Shown: piece by piece, positions 38,246 through 51,549 of the stretch
Position numbering within the stretch: the first letter of the stretch is position 1
How the letters are laid out: every line of letters begins with the position of its first letter
Assembly (NCBI GenBank): GCA_000165425.1
Contig: CT868174.1
Coordinates: 310,001-374,000, forward strand
Direction: 5' to 3'
Length of the DNA: 64,000 bases
Origin: Paramecium tetraurelia
Taxonomy: Eukaryota
The notes under the pieces: model-generated
Told to the model about the DNA's origin: nothing
Database searches by the model: none
The model's input: the letters and a program-made list of their open reading frames with translations, nothing else
Program-made: the position numbers and the translations under genes

Positions 38246-39372
38246 ATGAAGACAATATTGCTCATCGCTTTGATTGCAGTAGCCTTCACAGCCAGAGTGT
38301 AAGAGAGAAATCTTGCTAAAATTACAACAGACCTTCAAAAGAGCACATATGGAAGTGCATTGCTTCACTTAGTTGAACTCCACTCAATGGCTGGAGGTCC
38401 AGTTTAAGAGTTAATTGATGCTATTGAAGAGCTTATTAATGATCTAGAAGAAGAATTAGAAGAATTAGAATTCAATTTCCAAGTCAGAACCAACGAGCAC
38501 AATTCACTAGTTGTTAGCCTCGAATAGGACATCTAAGATGCTGTTATTGGTAATAATAAATACAATTTGTTTAGATGTTAATAATACACAAGACACATTG
38601 GATAATTTGTTGTTCCCAAGAAGAGTATAACTTCAAGTTAGAATTGAATAAATTCAAGAAAACCAAGAGGCCAATAGAAAGAATTATGATGAAGCTATCC
38701 TTGTTAGAGAATAAGAACATGAAGATTTCGAATTATAAATTGCTGAATTGAATGATGCAACTGCTGCTGTTGATGATGCTCTTGCTCTTCTTGAAACATT
38801 AACTAATCCCTCACTTCTTTAAGTTAGAAGATTCTAAAATTCATTGAAAAACATTGAAGCAAAGATTAAATCAAGATCCAAGATGGCTCCAATGATCAAG
38901 GCTCTTATTTCTTTAGCATCAAATTAAAACTTTTCTGACTAAGGCATTATTGGTTAAATTGTTAATGCTCTTAATGAATTCAGAAACGCCATTGTTGATT
39001 CAATCAATGCTTAAACAGCTGCTGAAGCCGAAGCTTAAGCTGATCATGAAGAATATCTTGAATAATTAGATGAGGAATATGCTGAATTCTAAAGATAAAT
39101 TAACAGAGTCAATGTTGATTTGACAGCCACCAACGGTAATTAAATAATATAATGAATTTATAGAAAAGATCGATTAAATGACAGAATTCAGAGACCAAAG
39201 AGATGCTGACAGAAAATAATACACAGCTGAATTAGAATTGGAAAACAATACCTACGCAGAAGAAACCGATACCTACACCAATTTAAAGAATGAATTCACT
39301 AGAGAACTTGGAATCAGCGAATAAGCTTTATCTGTTGTCTAAAGCGCTGATTTCTCAAACATCAAAGTTTGA
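38246..39372 (+). CDS. TMP: Trichocyst matrix protein precursor, T1-like family
   Basis: Signal peptide MKTILLIALIAVAFTA. Pro-segment ending ..LLHLVELHSMAG, then GPVQELIDAIEELINDLEEEL. Acidic heptads, central basic segment PSLLQVRRFQNSLK..., NFSDQG. Two introns (38550-38574 and ~39136-39163). Confidence 0.9.
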
Positions 39373-39666
39373 TAAGAATGAATTATACAGGTTTCTTCTT
39401 ATTCAACCATATTATTTTTCCATTCCTTCATTATAGAGTAATACTAATGTTATTTATTTAAATTTCCTTGGACAATACATATCAATTACAGAGATTTTCG
39501 GAATTTCATTATAAATTTATAATAAACACTGAATTTAATTTTTCTCAAATCAGAATTTCAGCTATCAGCTATGTTTTTATAATTTTAGAATATTTTCATG
39601 ATAATTCGACGAATAATTTATTTATTGATTAGATCTCTTCAAATAAATTTTATTCTTTATAATTAT

Positions 39667-40995
39667 ATGTCTGAAATAAAGAGTGCTTTATAATCAAATA
39701 TCGTGCATATCTTAGAAAACAAGCCAGCAAAAAACATAGAAGGATTTAGATAATAATAATTGGAAGTATATCGTTTCATTGAAAATAGAGTAGAAGAAAA
39801 CTTATAGAAGAATTCAAATAACTCTATATTTATGATGAAAAGGGAAATTTAAGAGGAGATTGCAAAATAAAGAAGTTTGTTGATGGTAGTAGATACGAAG
39901 GGTAGTTATCGAACGATAAAAGAAGCGGTAAAAAAGTTAATTTGATCTAGATTAGGGTATGGAATATATTACTACAATAATGGTGATATATTTTTGGGCG
40001 AATGGTTTGATGATAAATTTAATGGTTCAGGGCATTATTTATTCGCGAATGGTATTAGTGTTAGTAATCTTAGGTGAAAGATATTCTGGAGTATTATCAG
40101 ATGGTTTGAAACATGGACATGGAAAATATTACTATTTAAATGGAAATACTTATGATGGAGATTGGTAAAATGATAAAAAGCATGGGAAAGGAAGATATGT
40201 TTATTACAGCACAGATGAATATTATGATGGAGATTGGAGAGAAGGAGAAAGACATGGAAAAGGAGAGGCTGGTTATGCATATGGAGATGTGTATGTAGGA
40301 GATTTCAAGAAGAATGAGCGAAATGGTTTTGGAATCATGAAATTTAATGATGGAGCTAGAGTAGAAGGAAATTGGGTAAATGGGCAATTATGTGGTTAAG
40401 CTAAAATGTAATATCCAAATGGTGATACTTACGAAGGTGAATGGGACAGGAATTAAAAGAATGGGGATGGAGTTTATACCATGTGCAACGGATAATCGAT
40501 ATATAAGGGCTAATTTAGAAATGATCTATGGAACGGGCTTGGGATATTACAATATGAAAATGGAGATCACTATAAAGGATATTTTAGAGATGGTAAGAAA
40601 GATGGGGAAGGAGAATTTAAATACGCTTCATCAAGAGATACATATACTGGATAATTCAGAAAAGATTAAAGAACAGGGCAAGGAGTTATGCTTTATGCTA
40701 ATGGGGACAGGTACGAGGGGGAATGGCTAGCAGATAAAAAACATGGAAGAGGGAAGTATACCCATGCTTTAACAGATGACATTTATGATGGTGAATGGGT
40801 TTAGGATTAAAAACATGGCAAAGGATAATATATTTTTGGGTATTTAATATAATTTAACTGATAAGAAATGGAGATCAATTTGTTGGGGATTGGTTACAGG
40901 ATAAAATGCATGGAAAAGGAAAATTTATTACAAAGGAAGGCATTGTATATGCTGGTGAATTTAAAAATCATAGATATATCGGTCCAATTAATTGA
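39667..40995 (+). CDS. MORN-repeat protein
   Basis: Roughly 15 repeats of YxGxWxxxxxHGxGxYxYxNG. Four tiny introns. TGA 40993-40995. Confidence 0.93.
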
Positions 40996-41103
40996 TAACA
41001 GTTATTTATTAAATATCATATTGTTAATTTAGTACTCTTTTTATTTTAGAAATTAGTTGTTAATTTATAGATTATAATTTATTTGCTAATAAATTAATTT
41101 AAA

Positions 41104-42517
41104 ATGTCTGAGGTTTAACAACTTGAATAATAAAAAGTATCAATTGAACAAAATTAAGAAATGTTATCAAATTGGATATCTTTAAAAAAGATCTTAAGCT
41201 CCAAATTTAAAAGTGCATAGGATGCATTTAAAGCTTTGAAAAAAGAGGGATGCTAAATATTAACTATCGAAGATTTCTAAGAATACTCAAAAGGGTTAGA
41301 TTTGTAAATCTTATCTTAATTTTAGGTCCTTGTTATTTAAAGATGTTGAGTTAAATGAAGGAAATTTTGGGAAAGTTTGGGAAAATTGGGAATATAAATA
41401 AAAATAAAACGAACATAAATTATAAATAATAAATGAAAAACTTAAATTACTTTCTATGTTTGAAAATAAGGACTAAAATAACGAAGCTAAAGCAGATGTG
41501 ATATCAAATAAAAGTATTCAAAAACTAATTAGCAATTGCGAATCCCTTGATTAATTATAAGAAAAGTTAGATTTGCTTGTAGAAGAAGGATAAAAGTAAA
41601 AAAACAAATCTGATGTTTTTTAAAATGAAACAGATTGCTTTTCTATCTACTAGTCGAAGAAAAATGAATAACAGCCTGAAGAATTGTATATTAGTAAATT
41701 ACAGTTAAAGTTTAATGAAGGTGCAGAAGGAAATCTGCAAACTATCAAAAAGAACATTAAAAGCTATATTGAGGGTCAGCATCATCATTTCAGAAACTAA
41801 ACTGAACTTAGCAATGGTACACTTCTCTAAAGCGCTCTTTTAAATAAGGCGTCTTTGATGACCAATCCTAAGCCTTATGAGTGATCATACATTCCAGAAC
41901 CTTTAAGTTAGAAAGTTCTCCTCAAAGAGAATGCTTAACTCTTCGTGTTTAAGCCAAATAGAATTAATAATAAGTAATACAATCTCCCTCCGAAGAAAGA
42001 TACCAAGAAGAAAGAAAGAGTCACAAAATTAACAGAATGAAAGGAGACCTCCATTCATATATATCCTAATTATTTTTCAACGAGAGGGAATTTAGAAAAA
42101 ATAATATCATATATAATAGGCCTTCATCATAAGATTAAAAAGGCTTAGCCGGATTTATGAATTTTAGACAATATTTAAAAAATCAGCAAGATAAACCTTA
42201 ATTTATCGAACCCGAAGATTCTAACACATAAAAAAGATTTCAAGATATAAGGTTAGCTATTTTTTAATTTTAGATACAAACTTGATGACTTTTAATAACA
42301 AAAGTTATCTTAATATAATTATATCACAAAAACTCAGCCAAATTTTAGTCCTGAGAAAACTGATAGAACTTAAAACTTAAATGTTAAATCAAATTAGATC
42401 AATAAAGTAAATACAAAATATTCGCCTGGAAATACTCATAGACTAAATTTAGGGTTTTTAAAGTAAGAAAAAGAATAAAACAATCAGCAAATCTAAGAAA
42501 AGTAAATCGAATCATGA
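41104..42517 (+). CDS. Hypothetical protein with N-terminal EF-hand-like segment; junction at ~41881 ambiguous
   Basis: KFKSAQDAFKALKKEGCQILTIEDF. Two clear introns. An atypical intron or lesion is needed at 41881 to connect to the 3' frame ending TGA 42515-42517. Confidence 0.55.
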
Positions 42518-43291
42518 ATATTAGAATGAAACATTTTAAAGAAGAATTTATTTTTTAAATTTTATGTTATTTTTAGAATTTAGTTTTCATTTTTCCTTGC
42601 ATTATGATGCTTCTGATGATCAAATTCACATATACATCTAATAAACTTGATTGAACTCTGAAAATCTCTAGGTTCATTTAGTCTTTAGTATTATATGATA
42701 CTTTATATTTTCTAATTAAATTTAACTCAATTTAAAATTATTACAAAACTCCAAAATTTTGTTTGTTTAAAATCTAACAATAAAGAAGTTTTAGAGATGC
42801 AAATCAAATTGATTATCCAAGGTGATTCATTAAGATATTAAAATGAAAAAAATAAAGTTTAGAAGTCTGTAGATATAAATAGAGAGAATTTGAATTAATT
42901 TCAAAATATAAGAAATTTTTGGAATATTTAAAATAAGCTTAAATTGTTTTTATTGATTCTAGAGATGCATAGATCTCAATTTTAGCATTAATTTCTTAAT
43001 CAAAATGTAGAATTTTTGATCCTCTGAGTCTAAAAAGGATGTAAGCTACTAAATTAGTAAAGAGGAGAATTATCAATCTTAGATATTTTTTGGGAAAGTT
43101 TCTGATCCGATGCACATTTATTAATGTATTTAAAGACAAGTAAGATGATAGGGAAGAAGGGTAGTGAAAAAGTGGGTTTAGTAAAATATAAATTAAAAAA
43201 AATATTAAAAATTTAGAGTTTCTAGAAACATCTCTTTTTTTATAATGAAAATTTGCCAAAATTTTTAAACTATTTTTAAATATTTTAATCG

Positions 43292-44644
43292 ATGTTCTCA
43301 GGCGGATTTAGAGGTTTCTCTGGAGGTTTCACCTTTTGGAGGGATGGGAGAAGAAGAATCTTCAAATAGTCCAGCAGAAGTTGACAACAAAGGATTATAT
43401 GATCTTATAGGAATACCTCCCTAAAGTACTACAGATGATGTCAAAAAGGCTTTTAGAAAGAAGGCTGTAAAGGAGCATCCAGATAAAGGTGGTGATCCTG
43501 AAAAAGTATTGAAATTCACAAATAATAGTTCAAAAAATTGACAGAAGCATATGAAATTCTTTCAAATCCTGAAAAAAAAGACCTTTATGATCGTTATGGT
43601 ATGGAAGGTGTGAAAAATGGCGGTGGCGGTGGAGATATGGGTGATATCTTCAGCCAATTCTTCGGCGGAGGCGGAGGAAGAAGAGAATAGGGACCAAAGA
43701 AGATGAAAGCAAAAATGAGAGAATAATAAGTGACACTTGAAGAAGTATTTGAAGGAAAGATGATTCATTTGAATCACAAAAGAAAGAGAGTTTGTGATGG
43801 ATGCGAAGGAAAAGGTGGTGCTAATGCAAAGCAATGTACAGCATGCAAAGGAAGAGGAATGGTGCAAAAATTATAAATGATTGGCCCAGGAATGTATTCC
43901 TAATCTACAGGACCATGCACTGATTGTGGTGGTGATGGAACAATATTCCCAGAAAAGGATAGATGCAAAAAATGCAAAGGAAATAAGGTAATGGACTAAG
44001 AGAAAGTAATTGAAATCCCATTGGAAAGAGGTGTACCTGATGAACATGACTATCAATTTTATGGAGAGAGTGACGAAATGCCAGGAGTTATGGCAGGTGA
44101 TCTTTATGTTAGAATTAAAATAAAGAAACATGATGTTTATGAAAGGAAAGGTGCTGATCTCTACATAAATAAGAAGATCACTTTAGTCGAAGCCTTGACA
44201 GGAACACAATTTACATTGAAATTCTTAGATGGAACAAATTTACACATCTCTACTAAGCCTGGAGAAATTATCTCACCAGGTAATATAAATAAATATTCTT
44301 TTAGCACAAATAAAGACTTTAAAAAAGAAGGGTATGCCTTGTTATAAAGATGCCATGAGTGAAGGAGATCTTCATATTAGATTTGAAGTCGAATTCCCTC
44401 TTTCTGGATAACTCAAAAGTGAATAGATTGAATAATTGAAAAAAGTATTTTCATTATTTTATTTCAGGTGTTACCAGGTCCCAAATAATAACAAAAACTT
44501 GATGCCAAAAAGACTTTGTATTTGGAAGAATACGATGAGGCTCATGTAAACTCCAATCCAGAAGGGGGTAAAAAGGATGAGGAAGATGACGATGATGAAA
44601 GAGGAGGTCATGGCGGATAAAGAGTCTAATGTGCCTAATAATGA
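43292..44644 (+). CDS. DNAJA: Type I DnaJ/Hsp40 chaperone (Ydj1/DNAJA-like)
   Basis: J-domain [15 protein letters not shown] region, four CxxCxGxG motifs, C-terminal CaaX CAQQ (TGT GCC TAA TAA TGA). Introns include 43506-43528. Confidence 0.96.
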
Positions 44645-44675
44645 AATAAATGTTATATGCAATTTATTAATTATT

Positions 44676-45964
44676 ATGAAATCTAAAACCATCATTTCAC
44701 GAAGGCTGGACATCAATAATGATCCTCCTAAGTAATAGCAAGTAAATATAGCAAAGTAAAAGTCAGGCTCCATTTTTTGATCCTTGTCCAAGATTTCAGA
44801 AAAAATACGGAGTTAAAGCAGATTAGGATAGAATTGTTGCTTATATGTATTTAAGAGAAAATCATCCGAATATCAAATAATGTAGAGATTTCAGTTAAAA
44901 AAGAATATGCAAATTTGACACTACCTAAATTAAAGATGGACCTCCTTATGCTAAAATCATCAAAATTTAACCCAGTCATTCTACTACTGTGAATGGGTGG
45001 GCCAATGTTGGTGGAGAGTTAAAACATTAATTTAATAATGGCTGGAAAACCAATATTGATGATATCTGCATTGATAAACAATATGAAGATCAATTAAATA
45101 CTCATTTTAAAGCCAAAGAGGCTTAATTAAAACATGATTACAAGGCTAAAATAGAATATATGAATAAATATTTCAATGAAATAGAAGAAATGTATAAAGT
45201 AAATGACACAAAGGAATCTGTTAAAAAACTCAGAGTTTTATATAAAAAAAGTCGAGAAGATTTAAAACCATATGTAAAATACTAAGGGTAAAGATTTTTT
45301 GAGATCTTGCCAATGATGAAAAGAAGAACCAATACTGTGATTGAAGAATTTAGGTGTTTCAAACCTTTATGCAATTTAGAATTAAAGGAAAAGTAAAAAT
45401 ATCTTGATGATTTGTTCAAACATTTAAACAAAAAAACAGAAAAAGAAAAAGATCTTAAATCTAGGGAATAGGATTCAAGTGACTAATAGCAATAAAATGA
45501 AATTCAAATTGATTACAATGATTTAAGCACAAATTTACATTAGATTAAAAGAACTTATAGTCAAATGGAAGATGTCACTGCAGAGGCTGCTGCATTTAAT
45601 TAAAATCATTACATATTTGAAGTTAAGGATGTTAATTCCTTTGGTTAACAAATTAGAATGAATAAGATGAATAAAATTATGAATGAGATGTTTAAAAGCC
45701 AAAGGAATTTTTAATAAGATATATAAAATTATGCTTATAAACATTTAAATACTAGCACATCCTGCGATATCAGTGCAGCCAATATCTCGTAAATGTAATA
45801 AGTAAAATTATAATAACAATAAGTCCATTTAAAATAATAAACAAAAAGAACTGAAACGAATGCATAAAACCTGTCAAAATGTTACTTATCGAACTAATCC
45901 ATCTCCAGCAATGAAAAATTCGGCATTTCAAACAACAGCTACATCTAACCAATTTAAATTTTGA
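44676..45964 (+). CDS. Hypothetical protein
   Basis: ATG 44676, a 25-nt intron, then a long open frame (APFFDPCPRFQKKYG...). Ends QFKF-TGA. Confidence 0.68.
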
Positions 45965-46060
45965 TAACGCAATTTTTATGTTATACATTAAGGAATTTTA
46001 TTATTACAATATTAATGAAAGCCCTTATAAATAAAAACTAACAAGAATGATAAGTTATAT

Positions 46061-48213
46061 TCATTTTCTTTTTATATTAGTACCAGATTGCCCTCTTAAT
46101 AACTACTAAATTGTTTCAAACTTAATATGACACTCTATTGAATATGCTTCAAAATTTACATTATTCAGTATCTGTTCTTGGCCTTGTGTATGGACTTTTG
46201 TTTGTCATAGCTGAATTTCTAGGTTTCAAGGAATTTTGAGATCGTTCTGGAGACTTATCAGGAGATCTGCCTACTCTTTTAGGCGATTAATTTGAATTGG
46301 AATTCATTCTTTCAGTTCTGCAATTATCAAAAAAAAATGCTTTTAAAATTCCATTATTATTTTGGTTTGAAGATGGTTAAGTGTTTTACGTTTGTTTAAT
46401 CAGACTATTAAAAGTTGTTTTAGTTGATTTGTAAGGTTACAATTAAATAGGCAATGTCTCTTAAGCTTTTAGAAGTTTTTCATTTATTCTTTCGCAACTA
46501 TTATTAGAAGAGCCATTGAAAAACTGAATCTTTTGTTTAGGAGATGTATCTGATGGCATTTATTATCGTTTTTTATTAATAATCATTTATTCCATCAGAT
46601 TTGTTTATGGTTTTACATTGTCACTAATATTTCTATTGGTTTTTAAAGGAGATTGTTAATTTAAAAAAGAACTAATTAATTTTCCAGTAGGAGATGAGTC
46701 GTTTAATTTTAAATCTGCTAGATTTTTGAGGATATTTTGATTTTCTCTTTGAGTTTGAATTTGCATCTATTTTAATTTTTGTAATTTTTATTCTTTATAA
46801 TTAACTTCAGATACCATCGACATCATAGATTCTTCTTATATGGTGTCTAAATTAGAGTTGTAGTGTTTATGATAGCTAGTAATTAAGTGATTGATGTAAG
46901 GAGATGAGCATGTAATATTCTTACAGGCAATTTCAACTGCTTTAAGATGATATAACTCACTTAATTTAAATTCATCAGTATTAATATCTTTAATACCTTA
47001 TTGTTTAGCTTTGTCTAATTCAATGAACCTTAGTTCAGTCGCAATGGTGAAATAGGATATAGACAGATAGATGATTTTCTCCAATAACAACCTTTTTGAA
47101 ATCTCATAAAGCATTTCTCCTTAGGATGAGAAATCTTCATATATTTGAGGAGTCATGTGCATAATGAATCCTATATTAAAGGTTTAAATCCATTCTTGGA
47201 CGTTTTACACTCCAAGAATAGAACGATATTCCTCTTCTTTTTGATCTAATTTTAATTCTTTGCGAATATGCTTTTCATTATTTTCAGGATTGTTTCTCCA
47301 GAAATACAATTACTTTTTAGCTTCTCTTAGAATCAACTACTCATTATTAGACATGCTATCCAAATCTTATTATTTAGACATATCTTATAGAATATCTTTA
47401 CTAGCATCAATAACTAATCTACTGAATTCTACTTCATCTTTCATTTGGAATTTATTATTTTTTTATTTTGGCTTCATTGTTAAACTAGAATTGGCTGTTG
47501 TTGCAGACCCTAAGGATCCATTTTTATTAAGCCAATCCTTACAAAATTGGAAAGCGATCTTGAAGACTTCTCGCATCGTACTTGCTGCCTTTCTAGCTGA
47601 CTGTAGAGCTAATTTATGTCTAATTTAATATTAATAGGTACTTTCCTAATTAACTCAAAATGGCCGTATGTTATAAGAGTGTTCTTGCTAGAAAGGCTTT
47701 CTTTTTGACTAAAGAAGCATCACTTTCTTAGGTGCTTGTAAGTTTATTTGTATCTTATTCTTCTTCCTTCATGCTCTCTTCCATATTGTAAATCACTCCA
47801 GATAAATATTTAGAACATTTATCCAAAACCCATTAACTAATATTATTTTATTTGCTGTACCATTAATATCCACATGCTTGATTGTAGAGAACAACGATAA
47901 TTAGGTTTTTATCTATAGTTTTGCCACAACTTGCTGCATACTATGGATTGAGATTATAAAATACTTCCAACATTTATTCTGATTATTAGAGTAACTTCAT
48001 GGCTTCCTTAAACTTTTAAAGTTTAATTTTATGCACTGCTTGTTCGTTCAAAAAATTGATTTATTACATGAATTATTCTAATTTTAAGTTAATTTAACAA
48101 AATATACCTTAATTTTTGAATAACTATTTTAAACCATTTTCCTGAACAGTTTCAATTTCATCATCTTCTTACTCTTCATCATATGATTCATCTTATTGAT
48201 TGCTGCTCGACAT
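46061..48213 (-). CDS. Hypothetical helical (TPR-like) protein with S/P-rich C-terminus
   Basis: MSSSNQQDESYDEE.... Helical segments such as LALQSARKAASTMREVFKIAF and IIYLSISYFTIATELRFIE. Ends GTNIKRK-TGA. Confidence 0.68.
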
Positions 48214-49100
48214 TTTTCAAAAATATCAATAACTTAATTAAATAAATTCAATAACAAAATAACTGAATTATATATTTAATATAATAAACTCAAGTTTGTT
48301 CTAATGGTAATACTAAATTTAAACATTCCAGAAATATAGTTTAGATATATAAATATATAATTGTTAAACTTATTCTAAAATGTTTAGATCATAATGAAAT
48401 CAGTTTACATTATTCAATCTTCTAATTATTATATCATATAGAGTATCAAGATAAATTATTCTTTAAACTTATATATTATGTTTATAGCTTTAGGATCAAT
48501 ATTAAAAAAAAATTTTATTTACTTTTTAAGATTTCTTAAAAGTTTATAAAATATCATTTAATATTGTTAAAGATTTATATTGGATTTTATTAGATAAACA
48601 AGACTTTTAATTAGTTTCCTTCAACTTAGTATATTATTTAGGTTATATTTTATGGCTAATATTATGTCAAAAAATATTATTTTTAAAATGTTAAGGCTGA
48701 TTATTAGGAGTTCTTGACACTAATTAAGAAGATTTAAAATTCCAAGTTTAGAATCCAGCTAAACTAAAGTGACTCCAGTAATATATTTTTAATTCATTAA
48801 TTTTATACTATAATCTAAGAAATTATTAAGTTCTAAATATAATAATTTTACTCAATTTTATTTTTACAAGGTAGATAGATATACTTGAAAAAGTATTGTG
48901 AATATTTTTAACTTGTAATTTATTTGCAGATAGTTATTAATTATTTAAATGTGACAAAGGAGACACAGCTTCATTGATCTTTAACTGAAATCTAGGGTAA
49001 ATTGTTTTCTTTGGAGTTTTGGTACTTTTTCATTAGATCACTAATGATTTAAGATGTCAAAATTTGATCACAATATTCTGTCATTTATAATATAAATTTA

Positions 49101-49787
49101 TCAAGTGAAAAATTTTTTCTTCAAATGAGACTATGTAAATACTTATTTGAAGTTGATCTTTTAATTTTTGCAAGTATTATTATTGAAAAAATTATTGGCA
49201 AATGTGAAATTACATTCATCTTCATTGTTTGGTATGGAATCCTCGATTTTTGGCAATTTAATGCGTTTATTATAATTTTAAGAGATGGACTATTTAACTT
49301 CAATATTCTTTGGTTTTATAGATTCCTGTTAACTTTGTGGTTAAACTAGAGATCTGGAGTTAGTTTTAAAGTCATTAAAGTCGAATCTTGGTTTAACTTT
49401 TCGAGTTGTAGTTAATGTTTCTATAATGTGTTATTTTTAGTTTAATGTTCGTTTTAGTTTCTCGTTTTCTCTCAATATCAATTATATTTGGTCTAGAGGA
49501 GATCCATTTATTATTTCAGTGGAGATTCTATAGGATTTAAATGAATAAAGCTGCTAATCTGATTATGGGCTATATAAATTATGAGATCATACTTTGAAGC
49601 ATCTTCAATTTTTTTTGGAGTAGTAAGACCCTTTATCTATACTCTTGGAGTTTGCATAGGTATCTAAGCTGCTTTATTCTTCTAATAAATTACCCATCTA
49701 TTATCTTACTGAAAGTGCCTTAGGTTTAAATAGTTAGCAATTCTACTAGTTTAACGCTGCATAAGATTTAGTATGTTGTAAATCCAT
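49101..49787 (-). CDS. Small hypothetical protein with short coiled coil
   Basis: MDLQHTKSYAAL..., two tiny introns, ILRENEKLKRTL, ends HLKKKFFT-TGA. Confidence 0.72.
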
Positions 49788-49830
49788 AAATTATTTTGAT
49801 ATAATATGATTATATAATTAATTAACTCAA

Positions 49831-51480
49831 ATGAATTCTCCCTTTCAAATTTCTTCGATACGAAGGTTATCAGGATGTAAAAGTGAATGCAAATAACATT
49901 TCTTAACAACTAATAAATGCATGTCTTTTTTCTATTAATTCAAGTGTAAGACAAAAAACCAAAAGATAAGGAAAAACTAGAAGAAACTGTTCTTCATCTG
50001 AAAATGCAATTTAATCTCTTGAATGATGAGAATGCCAAACTTCGATATGAAATACCACATATTCAAGTATATTATATAGCAATTTAATTTAGAAATAAAT
50101 GACTAACAGGAAAAAGTATTGCAAATGAACAAGAAACTCCAAATGATTAAAATCTGTAAACTTAACAGACCGATTAAACCAAAAAAATTAAGTGAAGAGA
50201 TATTTAATTTTCCCCCCTTTATCTGCTAGATTAATGCTTATTCTAAATAAATAAAAGAATTTGAACTTACTATAATAAAAAAAATCAACAAATTGAAAAT
50301 TTAAAAAGAGACACCAGAAACCAGATTCACTGAAATACAAGTATTTTCACTAATTTCATCATAGATTTAATTCTAAGTCATTTAAAAAGAGCACAAAGAG
50401 TTACTAAAAAATTATCCAGCCTTAATGCATTTAAGGTATTATCAATTAATATGTGCATCCTATTTAATTCACTAGTTATGATGAATTAAACAAAGATAAT
50501 ATATACCTATCAAAGTAGCTTTATGAGAATTAGTAGCTTATACAATAGTAGAATGTAAAATTCAAGAGACTCGAAGCTGAGTTACATCAGATGAGACAAT
50601 AAACTGAAAAAGAGAAGATGGCTCAATTGGAAAAGAAAATATATGATTTAGAGCAACAATTATAAAAGAAGGACTTTTATCATAACAAGGATATTGATAA
50701 TTTGCATTTGGTTATAGCTATCTTGAAAGATTATCCTATTTTAATTAGAGAAAGAAGAAAAGAAGCTATATCTGCCTGTGATTGAGTGACCTAATGAATC
50801 ATCTGATAGGAATAAAATACATGTTTCAGTAATCATAAATAGAAAAGAATTTTAAAAGGTTAGCTTACATGAAATCTGATAAATGCTACTAGAATTATCT
50901 ATGAAATTAAAATTAAATGAAATCCCTTTTTCTAGATTGGATTCATTTATTTATTTATTTATTCAAAGTCTGTTAAAGGAAGCTTAACATTTTGTGATTT
51001 AGTTGACATTTTTAAATAGTATCTATTTGAACTGAGTGATGAATAAACCATTTTAATAACTAGAATTTATCATAGAACTAGAATATGACAAGTGGGTATG
51101 TTGCGATTTAAATTTTACAAATGATATAGTAATTGCAATTAGTAATTTTAAATCTCAAAAAAGCAGATGAGTTGATTTCATCTGATCTACAAAAAGTAAT
51201 AACCAGTCAGTTATGTTAAGTATTAATTATTTACATTATTAGAAGATGAAATAACACTAAAATAAACTAGTATCTAACTTGGAATTATAGAAAGATCATT
51301 GCAGCATTTAGGAGTTCAAAAAAGCTCTGGATTTTATTGATGACTTTTTATCACCTAAATTAGATGATTTATTAATGATGAAGATTGAAGATCATTTCAA
51401 ATAATTTAGTAAATCCAAATACTCTCAATTATTTGATATATTAAAATGATCATAAGTATCTTAACCAAATCTAAATAGGC
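49831..51480 (+). pseudogene. Decayed coiled-coil gene
   Basis: Coding-like segments (DKEKLEETVLHLKMQFNLLNDENAKLR; LEKKIYDLEQQLQKKD; MLLELSMKLKLNEIPFSRLDSF) with intron remnants. In-frame TGAs at ~50787 and ~50877 plus frame shifts. Confidence 0.55.
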
Positions 51481-51549
51481 ACTTGTATATGTATATATAT
51501 TTATATATGAAATTTTAAATAAATAAAAATCCTTTTTAAAAAAATTATT

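Noticed and set aside
42540..43280. Long AT-rich spacer (also 57000-57400 and 62720-63160) as a retained IES, ncRNA or gene
   Set aside because: I found no convincing ORF, tRNA/snRNA motif or distinctive TA-bounded inverted ends. IES status cannot be judged without germline reads.
50780..50880. In-frame TGAs as selenocysteine codons
   Set aside because: They are not in redox motifs, no SECIS is evident, and accompanying frameshifts favour pseudogenisation.
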